A stretch of 64,000 bases of DNA, from contig CAJFCJ010000019.1 in the NCBI GenBank assembly GCA_904063045.1, forward strand, positions 3,106,684 to 3,170,683, given 5' to 3'. How positions within the stretch are numbered: position 1 is the stretch's first letter; each line of letters opens with the position of its first letter. Source of the stretch: Dimorphilus gyrociliatus. Taxonomy: Eukaryota; Animalia; Annelida. Shown here in pieces: positions 43,315 to 54,908 of the stretch. Under the pieces are notes generated by a model that saw nothing but the letters and a program-made list of their open reading frames with translations, was not told where the DNA came from and did not search any database. Made by a program: the position numbers and the translations under genes.

Positions 43315-46099
43315 TCACTTTGTCGAGACGGACGGATGCGCTCGAGCGGCTTCCTTCAATTCGTTTATTTTATGACCTCCGGGTGGCGCTGATAATTCAG
43401 CCGATTCACGGCTTGTGGCTAAATGCTGTTGCATGAGTGCTGTCCTATGATGATGATGTTGTTGCTGTTGATGTTGTAAATAGAGAAGCATATTTTGTGA
43501 ACTAGGAAGAGCGTAAGGTGACAAAACTCCTGTTGGAAGGTTTTTCGGTATATCCATTCGAGGAGAATATCTGTCTGGTGGAGTGCTGGCTCTCGTACTC
43601 GGGGGATGATGATACATTGCTATTCTCTGCATGTCACTCACTTGCCTAAGAGCGTGCGCTCGATCTCTTTCCGCCATGAGACGAGCTGCTGCTCCATTGC
43701 TAACTTCAGCGGCTGCTAAATGAGATTTATTTCCATCTCGTCTATCATCTACTGCATTTTGTTGTGCTTGAATCAAAGAACCATTAGAAGTGGTGCTAGA
43801 GGCGGAAGAACATTGAGGAGGCCTTTTGGGTGTAGATGATGATTTAGGAGAAGAAGCAGGTGAAGAGGCGGACGGCTTCTTAAGATCAATAGGTTTATTT
43901 TTATCCTCTTCAATCTGGGGATGACGAAATGAAGGAGCGGCAAATATATATGGTGGATATTGTCCGTAGGCTGCTGCACCAAACTGGGCTACGTGCTGAG
44001 CTGCCAGCATTTGCTGCTGTTGTTGCATAAGAAAATGTTGTCGATGGTGGGCGTCATCGTCTGCTTTTGCAGCTTCAATTGGACTTTCTTTCTGACGTCG
44101 TTCTTCTTTCTCTTCTTCTCTACCGCCTGGACTAGTTGCATGCATAGGTACTCCCATAAAAGGTGATGGATATAAATGAGAATATGACGATGAGGCAACA
44201 GCTGAAGATGATGCAGAAGCTGTGGAACAGTTTGTATTTGAACCGGTACTTGTGTCATTCAAGCTGTTTTTAACTCGTGCTTCAGGAGTATTTGAAGCCG
44301 TTTCATTGGCAGCATCTGAAATATCACTATAGGCAGGAGATTGGGCTGGACGTTGGTCTTCCTTATTTGATTTCGTTGCCGTCGATTCCATAGGAGCAGC
44401 TGGAGCTGCCATAGGCTTAGCTACTTCTAATTTTTTCACGGAATTTTCTTCTGATTTCTGTGATGAAGACTGGCTAGATTCTTTTGTTCGCTCTTTATCC
44501 TTACTTTTTTTCTTTTTCGGCTTTTTGTCTTTTATAGACGTTGAGGAAGAAGGTTCAGTTTTAGTTTTTGGTGTTGTTGGTGTTGAGCGCTTATTTCCTT
44601 TACTACTCCTATCGCACTTGACAAGTTTTTTTCTGTTTTCGTCATTTGTATTTTCAGCTTTTGGACTTTTTAAACACTCGTCTTCTTCATGTTTAACTGG
44701 TGTATCCGGGCACTTTGCTGGTGGAAGAGTGGGCGATAAATCCGACATAGCCGTTTCTCCGTGAGCATGAGTTTGGTGATACTTCAGGCCATTGAGATGT
44801 TTGTACTTTTTGTTACAATTTGGTTCGGGGCACTCAATATAGTCATCATCACCCCTTAGACCAATTGGCGTACTAGATCTTGAATTTGGTTTGGATTTTT
44901 TAACCTCAAGATCCAATTCAGTTGGACGGTTAGCTTTTCTCTTTTCACCAGTTTTCGCAGGACTAGCAGGTGCTGTGTTTATACAATTTTGTTGTTGAAT
45001 GGACGCAGCAGCGGCTGCTGCAGCAGCCGCCTGTTGTCGACCCCTTGTTTTTCGCAGTTTTCTTTCACCTGTATCTTGACTAGCAGCTGCCCTTCCCCTC
45101 TTACCGCGACCTTTCGGCGTTCGCGAATCTAATTCGCTAGTAGGCGAGTCGTCGCCAAGTCTAGGCGGGGCCCATGTATTTTTTGTCGAATCTAAAAGTG
45201 TTCCCACGTATGTTTTACCACGCCAAGTTATATTTACGACTAGTACTCCTGTTAGATATTGAAAAACGATTTCTAAAAATTGATTGATTATATATATACT
45301 ACCAACCATTTTCTGTTTCATGCCAAACTATCCCTTCAAGCGTGACTGAAGTTCCTGGTTCACAAGGTCCCAGGCATTCAGGATCGGTAACGACACCGAT
45401 TGAACAGGTTTCAGTCGCTGTGTCAACCATGCCGTCATTCGACTGTTCGGGTAAAAATACAATATATAATATAAATAAAGCGGCGTGTTAAGACACGATA
45501 ACGTAGGTGGCGTTCTTATCTTCAACGGAACATTGGCTCACAGCCAAGAACGTCATTATCTTATCCGTTCGTGTACTCACAGAGATAGAATTATTTGAAA
45601 AGCAGCATATAAACGATTGTGTGGCTGACGTTATTTTTTCGAAAAACATAAAATTAAGGCCTACCTTTAAGGCATCCGATTTTAATTTCTTCACAGGAAC
45701 TGTAGAAGATGTTGCTGCTGATGGTCTACTATCATCATTACAAAAGTCATAAGGGTCATGTTCCCTTTTTGAAGGAGTTGATGGAGCAGGTGTGCCATAT
45801 TCGCTGGTATTAGGTTTACGATCTTTTGACGATGTTTGACCTCCAACATTTGTTTTTTTAACAGAGTGATTGATTTGAGAGTGAACGCGTTTCTTTTCCA
45901 AATTTTTAGCCTCTTGTTTAACAATTTCATGTCTTCCGCTTTTGTTAGGCCGTTTAATCTTCATTTTCAATCCTTTGTCATTAATAGCAGCGGCGGCAGC
46001 GGCAACGGCGGCGGCGGTAGTCGGGTTGGGCGGAGGTGATGCGACAGATGGCGCAGTTTGACCGTTATCGTCCGCCGATGATTGAGTGACGCTGCTCAT
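43315..46099 (-). CDS. ZNF608: Scribbler/brakeless (ZNF608/609 family) transcriptional corepressor
   Basis: [10 protein letters not shown]; spliced [42 protein letters not shown]; single C2H2 finger [24 protein letters not shown]; SPAYSDISD motif. Confidence 0.93.
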
Positions 46100-46489
46100 G
46101 TTCTTTTCTTTTTCGTCTAAACCATTAAAATATGTTAAAACTAATCATTCAGACAAAAAACGCTAGTAATAAAAGAAAGAGTTTATAACGACAGTCAAAT
46201 TGCTTCACTTTGTGTTTCCCTTAAACTCTCATTTTCTGTATTCGAACTGTACAACGTGACGCATGACTAACTTACGCAAAATCAAAAAAACTCGCCTAAT
46301 ATCCACAGAAAATTCTTAAAAATCCAAATGTAACTAAATAGTAATCTTACCGCCGCAAGAAAAGATAAAAGGGCGTCGTGGGGCTAGAAGACGTCCAAGA
46401 GCAGAACTTCTGCGGCGGTCTTCGATCCACGAACAATGCGTATAGAATGCTTGTATTTCGATAGGCGAAAGAATCTGGCGCCCTAAATC

Positions 46490-46535
46490 AACCAATCAGC
46501 GTCGAGCTGTGGCTCTAGCTTAGATACTGATTGGT
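46490..46535. promoter_or_regulatory. Paired, oppositely oriented CCAAT boxes at the likely proximal scribbler promoter
   Basis: CCAAT at 46492-46496 and ATTGG at 46530-46534, upstream of a GC-rich 5' exon ending at the gtaaga donor 46350. Confidence 0.5.
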
Positions 46536-47646
46536 CGACGAGTTGTTAGTTCGCTTTGGCAGCCGGTCGTAAAGTGAGCCGTGGGGGCCCTTTCTTTTGT
46601 TTGGTAGCCTTTCTCTCACGTTTGACAGCTTTGATCCGACTATAATGCACTTGCGCGTCAGCGTTAGTTTTGCGCCTAATCACGTCGAATTGCGGCAGAT
46701 ATCTCGGATGTTGTATCCGCTAATTGCTTTTTTCATTGTCTATTTTTTTAAGACGGAAAACGTGAACAAACTACACATTCCGAATATTAATTTATCTGTA
46801 GAATAGCTAAAACGAAATCCCTGTGTTTTATTTTATATTAGTATTTAAAAATATCTGTGTCCAGAATCGTTCTGCGAAATATATAGCTTTGTAGTTAAAG
46901 CAGTTTATTTACTTTCGAATAGCACTTATCTGAGACGGGGAGCAGAGTTGACAGTCTGGCGGTTAATAACGGCTTTTTGCCAAAGCGAACTATTCCGCAT
47001 CCGCCGTAAAGCGATAAGAGGATATGTTGATTCGCGCAACAAAAGACGCTAATATTGTTATGTACTTGATTTCAAACGGTCGATTGTTATTTTTTTCTTT
47101 GGACTCTCAGAAGACGGACTATCCAACTAGGAAGGAATTATTAAACAAGAATTGATGCGACTGTCTAATATAAACAAAAAATTTTTAAATATCACAAAAA
47201 ATGACAATTCTAAAAAAAAGCTCTACATTGCTAAAGTCTGCTTGAAATATAGTGTGGAAATAGGCTATTTTTAGTAGTGCGGCAAAGGCGCCGCAGTCAC
47301 GTGAGCGGCGGCGGAATGCGTAATGAGCCAAAACGTCGTACAGCCGCTTACGACCTTCTTCTGTATAATAAAATAAACGGAAAACTCGTTTCAACCGCTT
47401 CCCGCCGGCGCTTTGTACCACATTCTGGCAGTGTTCAGTTCTTGTAAGCTTCTGAGTAGAGAGCATGTTGTCCTGTGTTGTATTTCTTTAATTTTCAATT
47501 ATGGAATATTCCATATATGATATATACTATGTATAGTTGAACAAAAAAGCATAAATTGTAAATAACAATGCAGAACTATATATGTGGGAAGAGTTGTAGT
47601 ATAGATCAAAACATATACAGTATATAGATACACTATATATCTTTTA

Positions 47647-47650
<4 letters not shown>

Positions 47651-47686
<36 letters not shown>
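47651..47686. repeat. (TA)n microsatellite
   Basis: About 18 perfect TA units read directly. Confidence 0.95.
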
Positions 47687-47691
<5 letters not shown>

Positions 47692-50402
47692 TGAAATGCA
47701 ATATACAATATACAGTGCTCGGCGCTGTTATTTTTTCTTATAAGGTATACGCTGGATTATTACATATGTTTAGATTTATTGCTGCTAAAATTTATCAGGC
47801 ATATAGCTAAATAAACCGCACTCTCAAGCGTTTAAACCAACAAGATTTTTTTGCGAGTATATTTCATTACATATACACACATATACATATATACTTTGTA
47901 CGTTTTTACTAAAGAGAGAAGAACGTTAGCAATCCATCAGGGTCGCCATGACGACAACGAGTCGAATTACACGCGACAACTGCAAAGCGTCGCATTGTAT
48001 ATGTAGTACAGTCTGAAGTCTGTAGTCTTTATTTGTTACGTAATGATCATCCGCCAAGTTTCTTTCTGTTGTTGTTTTCTGTTTTTAATTTTAGATTTTC
48101 ACAAGTTCAATCGTGTTTTACGCCGATTGCTTAAAATAGCCATTCTTTGAAATAGAAGTCTAAAAGAAAGATTTGAAAATGATAGATAAAGAAACGATTT
48201 TCTTAAGCGAGCATTTAACTAATAATTCGTGTTCATGATAGATCGGACGATTGCTGCCTCTTCGTTATGCTTCAGTGCATTCTCGTAATCGGCTTGAGTA
48301 AAACGTTGCTGTATATCCTATTTTCTCACTGATAAGGGCGAATGTCAATAAAGTTGCAACTAAATTGGTTATAATGATTAGCGAAGAGAGAGAATGACAC
48401 GTTTTAGGCAGGTGCTCTTAACACGCAACCAGCCTTTTTCGTTCCTTTAACCTAAAAATGATTATATTTTCTAAATGCATACCGTAGTCACGATTAATTG
48501 TTGATTATGCAAGAGACGTTTCGGTAATTCGTTCATCATCCTCTTACTCGATTTTTCCGACGTCACCAACACAATAGCCACGCCCCGCGACGCCCAGTTT
48601 GCTTTGTGTTAGACGAAACGAACGTCGTTTATATCGTCAACTCCTTGATGATTTCGATACCAAGTTATTAATTTTTCTAAATTAAATACATACATATGAA
48701 TGATTTTACAGCGTTTTGGCTGCTGTCATTGGTTTTTTGGTGCTATTTCAACAAAAATATGTTGATTTTTTTATGGAGCTCAAAAATGAGATTTTATTTA
48801 AAGCCGCTTTTGAATATTCGTTTAGTGTTATTATTGTGATTTGTGTTTGCCGTCTGTGTAAATATTTCAAATTCGGTATATGCGCGTGTCGTTTCTTTCG
48901 CCAATCAACAGTTCAAAGAGACACACCGCTCGGCGGTTTAGTTCATTCTGCTTCGACTAAACAGGGCGTCGGAGTACAGTTCAGGTACAAAGGCGTCTAC
49001 AAGCACAAAGACCCACGATCGCTTCGTGTGTGGCGCGAAAATATCACCTCTATAAACATCATTTTAGTTAGATATTGACTTTTAGTCTTCATTTTGGGTA
49101 TAATTTTTATATTCACAGAGCATGTTCAAGTACAAGCATAATAAATTAATTGAAAGCAAGTTATCAATTATATGAATGCATAAACTATAGAGCAACCGGC
49201 TAGAGGAGAACCCACAAGCCAGGTGCGCGCGTGCTCGTATATAAATACGCGAGAGAAATCGATAAGGGAAGCGGCGTATACACGCTTTTCTTTTCCTTTT
49301 TACTTGTTTCTCTTCTTATTTTATTTATCCAAAATATTTAAATTAATGTCTTCAGTCCTTTCTGTGCTGCTCTTAGAATATTCTGGTCCAGTTTATCTAA
49401 GGGAAGAAAACAATTGTAGCGACATATGCGAATCCGAGAGAATATACAGCATATTAATTCGCGAAGCAAGGAGAAAACGCATAAAGCAATCAATCGCCGA
49501 CGGCGAGAATAGTTTATGCTCGAATAATTACGCGCGCCGGTTAAAAAAGCTCGTATTGAATAACAGTGCAACGCAGCTAAACAGTATTTAGTTAAAGGTC
49601 AGTTGATATTGCCATATAGGCGGTAAAACAAAGAGAACGGCGGGCGTCTAATTAACGGGGCGCCGTCGGTTGTTTGAAAAACGTTGGTAGCACGCAGTGA
49701 GACTTTCACTCGCAACGAAAAGGTCTATCCCCGAGGGTTAATAATGTGTGATAGGAAAAATCAAGGATTAATAATTGTAATAATTTGAAAATACTGACAA
49801 ACACTAATAGATTAAACAAAGCGCTTGCGAGTAATCAAAGCCCGAGAGCATCTGACAGCGTCATCTGGGCACCACACAGGGTTCTGACCGCCGAGGCAGC
49901 ACGCTCCGCTTTCTTCATTCATCACGTTCCCCCGAGGGAATATCGACAGCGTTTTCTATTTGCAAAGAGCCTATAGTCTGCTGCCTTCCTTTTACTACAA
50001 CTCATTCTTCCTTCACTTTTACTGAACAAAAAAACTGGATGTTTTTAATAAATATCTAAGCAAATAGACATACTGTATATATTAATCGCCTCCTAAAATT
50101 TATTACACCCAAACATATACATACAGTATATAGTTGGCGTGTCGAAAGGAAATGCAAGCCATCGCACGCCATGTGAACGAAAAACGACTATCTTTATTCT
50201 CTCTTTTAGCGCAAAAGACGTCTATATGCAGTGCAACGCGTTGAAAATTTCATGGTGTCAATGATGCATAAAAAACTAGCAGATGTTCATCTTAAGGCCT
50301 ACTCGTTTCGTCCAAGACGCAAAATAAGAAACAAAATCTACTTAATAGCAAACACACAGTTTCTTTGACAACAAAGAATCACGTTGTAGCGAACGTTTTA
50401 GC

Positions 50403-50594
50403 GGAGCAGGATGCGTGCAAACGAATTCCACGCACGTTCTTTCTTTCCCGACTCGATCCGTTATCTAACTTCACCAGTAGAACGCCTGCTCCACTAAGTT
50501 TAACTTAGTCCAGGCTGGCGCCAATTCGGGCGTAGGTAAAACAAGCGCCGAGCCGTGTAAAAATCAATGCTCGATGCGGCGCGAAAAAAAGCCG
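50403..50594. other. GC-rich, strongly self-complementary non-coding element (candidate structured RNA)
   Basis: Perfect helices 50403-50410/50485-50492, 50412-50417/50429-50434 and 50435-50440/50479-50484, plus further stems to 50594. Strand and expression unknown. Confidence 0.4.
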
Positions 50595-50595
50595 A

Positions 50596-50690
50596 CATAT
50601 ATACATCTATACACATATACACAGACACAGACACATACATACACACACACATACATACATACACATAGATATATACATATATATATATAG
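50596..50690. repeat. Compound (CA)/(TA)/(CATA) microsatellite
   Basis: catatatacatctatacacatatacacagacacagacacatacatacacacacacatacatac... read directly. Confidence 0.85.
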
Positions 50691-51922
50691 AACATAGTAT
50701 GTACAGATATAACTCTCCCTTTTATATTATACTTATTCAAACTTCAATTTGCGAGATGTTTTACAATGCTTTTATATTTCATATTAGCTGTATACATTTA
50801 CAATATAGATGAACATATACGTTAGCTTGTCCTTCCTTTCTATTTTACTCTTTTATACTTCCCTCCCCTCTCCTATATAGTTATGTTTGCGAACAGAGCG
50901 CTCTAGCAATAAAGCAATCGATCGGATAGAGAGAACAGAATAGCGAAGGAATAAAACGCGCGCTACACCCGCTGATTACTCGTTTCATTCGTCTGTCATT
51001 CAAGTCGTTTGTCGCGCATATTTATCTTCACGATTCACTGAATTTTTCGTATAAAACTCTCCCGTAACAATAGCATGTGTCGCGCAATATTCCCATACCT
51101 CTTTTGTGCAAATGAGAAGCGTTTAAAACTGAAAAACGAAAACGAGAAACGTCTCTCAATATACACAATATCAGAGTATAACATTAGAGGAAAAGAAATT
51201 AATCGAATGCGCCATAGCGGCTTATCTCGTTCTTCGTGTTTATTTCACCCAGTTGAAGTCACGTTTCACGCGGTCGAGGTCGGCAGCGAACATAACGCGG
51301 AGGATCAGAAAACACTACACGGTCCGCTCTTTTTTTCTTCGTCAGGTGTATCCGTCGAATAAAGAAAAGACTTATTCAACAAGTTTCCTTCGCTCCCTTT
51401 ATTAATATAGCGGCAGTACCCTATATATACGCCAGCGGATCGTCTTGTCAATAAATCGATATGTACCACGTATACAGTTTGCGACCACCGCAATATGTAA
51501 ATGATTTCATAATATACATGTACGCTGCATTAACTATATATTAAGCTTTTTAAACATGATCACTTATTACTTTTGCGATTTGTGATCAGTTTGGGGCAGA
51601 TAAAAAGCCCGAATCAAGGTCAGTGGGTGAAAGTAAAGGTCAGATGTAGAGTGAGAGCATATTCAGCTTGTACCAGTGTAGAGTAAAAACAGTAATCTAA
51701 TTAACGCATGCCAAATGATAAATTATCTATACAACATTGCAAATATTACAATGCTTGGATGATTCAAGCATTCATCAACGTCAACGGTCATTTGAATTAT
51801 TCACTGCAATAAGTATCCGCGACGGTTGACGCTGAATGTAATGTACATTATATAATTATACAACTGGGGCTGTGATAGGTGGAGTAAGGATAGAGAGAAA
51901 AATGGACGAATACGAGCTCTTA

Positions 51923-51960
51923 AAAAGAGAGAGAGAAGAGAGAGAGAAGAGAGAGAGAAA

Positions 51961-52001
<41 letters not shown>

Positions 52002-52003
52002 AA
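51923..52003. repeat. Polypurine (GA)n/poly-A tract
   Basis: About 80 nt of pure A/G on the + strand. It produces the spurious ERERE ORF 51872-52057. Confidence 0.9.
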
Positions 52004-52083
52004 ATAGCAGGTGTCAGGATTGTTCAATTACTGCTGATTATTAGTAGTGATCTCTAAATTGGACGAGAATTTTTTGATATTTT

Positions 52084-53321
52084 TTACTTACAAATTTTGT
52101 GCTGTCCTTTCATTGTAAATTTTAGGGGCAATTCTTGGGGGTTTATACAAACAAATTCATATGGCGAAGACCCCTCAGTCTGCAAATGACAAGTAGTGAC
52201 ATCTACAATATTGAAGTGGAAGAAGAAACTTACGTTTGGTTGAATGACGTCTATGACATCAACACAGCCGAGTAAAGAAGAAGTGGGATAAGAGGAAGGG
52301 AATTCGGATTCTCCAGAAGTCTCTCTATAGTAGGATTCTAAACTATCAATATTTTCTCTTGTCGGTTGTTTCGAAGTTGAAGCTATCCATAAACGACCTC
52401 GATGGGAACTATACCAGGTTCTTCCTTCAGTTTTTTTAATGCCTTTAATAAGAAGGGATGCCCAAGGTTGGTGCATTGACAAACACATTCCGTTATCCAT
52501 TGTCTCTAATTGCTCGTCGTATTGGATTCTAGATTTAGAGATCTCATGTTCTTTGCATACTGATCCTACGATCTCTGAAGAGTTTTCTTTAAGGAATTTT
52601 GGCGCTCTCTGTCTCCCATAAGTTAGAGCTTTAGGTGCAATTTCTTTTGATTCTTGATGGATGACCTCATCATACATGCTCTCTGGCAAATCGTTTTCTT
52701 GTCTCCCACAGAAGTCGAGTTGAACTAATACAAAAAAAAACATTTAAATACAAATTTATTTAAATGTCTGAAACATACTCTTTCTATCTCTTCGGGAAGC
52801 AAAACGCTTGTCTCTCAGAGTGGTTTCCTGTTTTATAACAGCATCTCGTTCTTTCTTTGTAAGCCAAGTACCAACACCTGTTGAGAAGTAGTCTGATTCG
52901 TCGTCAATAACACGAGTTCTCTTGGCGCACGTTTCATCAAATTCTAGTAATTTATTCTTGTGTTCTATTGCAGCCTTTTCTTTAGAATTTTCAACTGTCT
53001 TCCCCATAAGATTTTGCCGAAGTTTCATTGACTTTTTAGAATCACGTCTCAGTATCTCCTCTTCACTTTTAGTACAGACCTTAAATTGAAAATTACAAGG
53101 GCTTTAATGGAATAACAGTAACAACAAGACCTTACCAATTCCGAACAATGAAAACAAGGACCAGAACCTTCTTGACTACAAACTATTCGACCACAGGATA
53201 CACAATTATTAATTAAGTCATGTTTGGATGCCTGACATTCACATGGATGCCTGCCTGGCAGTTGAGCCACAGTTTTTTCTTTTCCTTCCTTGTTAAATAA
53301 TGGTTTAAACTTTCCAGACAT
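52084..53321 (-). CDS. TRIP4: Activating signal cointegrator 1 (ASC-1): C2HC5 zinc finger plus ASCH domain
   Basis: PGRHPCECQASKHDLINNCVSCGRIVCSQEGSGPCFHC; RTRVIDDESDYF; CLSMHQPWASLLIKGIKKTEGRTWYSSHRGRLWIAS. Short introns are in phase. Confidence 0.95.
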
Positions 53322-53523
53322 GACGAAAAGTTCAATTATCGGCTTTGTCTTCTGATTACACTTCGTTAGAAAGTCACTAATTGATGTTGCCCAACAGTCA
53401 AAGAATAATATGAAATCTGGACGACCGAAATATTCTTTTGATAGTCATAACTGGTAGAGTGAAATCGTTAAGCCGCCGCTTTCTATTACAGAATTAAAAC
53501 CTTAAATATTTGCTATATTCGTT

Positions 53524-54908
53524 ATGGCTTCTCACACTGCCCTTAGAGATCGCGAAATGACTTACAGACTGATTATTAGGTTTGTTTACAATTTCTAGTT
53601 ATGATAATGAACAATATCAAGAGCGATAATACATTTATAAATCATGCAGCCAACTTTTTTACGATGGATATTCAAATTTAGCTGTTCAGTTATCAAATGT
53701 TATAAAAGCTCAGCCAGCTTGTCCACCATCGGATAGACTTATAGGCATTGTTAAGCTAGGGTTAGAAGCCGAAGGTAACAAGAGAGAGGATACAACTATA
53801 AGTTGTGTTGCACCTGGAACTGGTTTAGATCTGGAGTTTGAAACAGAGGTGCAAAGAATTTCATCTGAAGTGGCAACCTATGAAACTTGCTATGTTACAT
53901 CTCATAAAGGACCTTGTCGTTCGGCAACTTATCATCCTTCAGGCCAAGTTGTTGCAACAGGATCTGAAGATTCATCTATCAAAGTCCTGGACGTTGAAAG
54001 AATGTTAGCTAAAAGTTTGGACAATATAGATCCAAATGAACGAGAAGCTCATCCAGTCATCAGAACTTTATATGATCATTCAGAAGAGGTCTCAACTTTA
54101 CAATTCCATCCTACCTCTCCTCTTCTCTTCTCTGGAAGTTTTGACTGTACGATTAAAGTTTTCGAGTATACTAAACCGTCTGTTAAGAGATCTTCAAAAT
54201 GCATACAAGAGGCTTTTGCTGTTAAATCAATATCTCTTCATCCTTCAGGAGATTATATGTTAGCAGGAACAGAACATCCAACAAGTAAATAACGATTCAG
54301 AAACTTTACAACTAATAAAAGTTATTCTTTTTTCAGTTCGACTATATGATGCCACAACCTTTCAATGTTATTCAACCAGTAGCGCTTTAGATCAACATCG
54401 TGGTCCAATAACGGAAGTTAAATTTAGTCCAAAAGGTAATCTATTTGCAACGGCATCCATGGATGGTGATATCAAAGTTTGGGATGGAGTTAGCGGAAGA
54501 TGTGTAAGCACGTTCAAGAGTGCACACGATAGCGTTCCGGTTTCGTCTGTGCAATTCAGTCGCAACTCCAAATACATATTATCAAGTGGGCTAGATTCTG
54601 TTGTTAGACTTTGGGAACTTTCAACTTCTCGGTTGCTGATAGCCTACACTGGAGCAGGTACTACCGGTCGTCAAGAGTGTCATACAAATGCAACCTTCAA
54701 TCATACCGAAGATTTTGCTCTTTTTCCTGATGAACAATCAAGAAGTTTATGTTCGTGGGACGCGCGAAATGCTGATAGACAACGACTCTTGGCGACCGGT
54801 CATGCTCAGCCAGTACGAGTAGTATGTCACTCACCAACAGGACCTGCTCTGATGACTTGCAGCGATGACCATAGAGCTAGGTTTTGGTACCGGAATGCTG
54901 ATATTTAA
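53524..54908 (+). CDS. CSTF1: Cleavage stimulation factor 50 kDa subunit (WD40)
   Basis: Exon 1 from ATG 53524 ([13 protein letters not shown]|SQLFYDG), [22 protein letters not shown] and C-terminal [11 protein letters not shown], with two short introns. Confidence 0.96.

Noticed and set aside
48328-48339. 12-nt match to the 3' half of miR-184
   Set aside because: The seed half is absent and there is no hairpin.
49223-49591. 122-aa ORF in the scribbler upstream region
   Set aside because: GTG start, no recognisable motif, and its hydrophobic stretch comes from a T-rich tract.
50403-50410. SRP RNA helix 8 (GGAGCAGG)
   Set aside because: No upstream CAGG/GNRA hairpin and no Alu or S-domain context.
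50435-50484. Hammerhead ribozyme (ctggtga...gaaa on the - strand)
   Set aside because: The core has a mismatch (CUGGUGA), and its two flanks pair with each other, which is not hammerhead topology.
51868-51877. miR-2 family 5' sequence TATCACAGCC on the - strand
   Set aside because: The upstream arm is pure pyrimidine and cannot form a precursor.
51872-52057. ERERE-rich ORF
   Set aside because: It is a translation of the (GA)n microsatellite.
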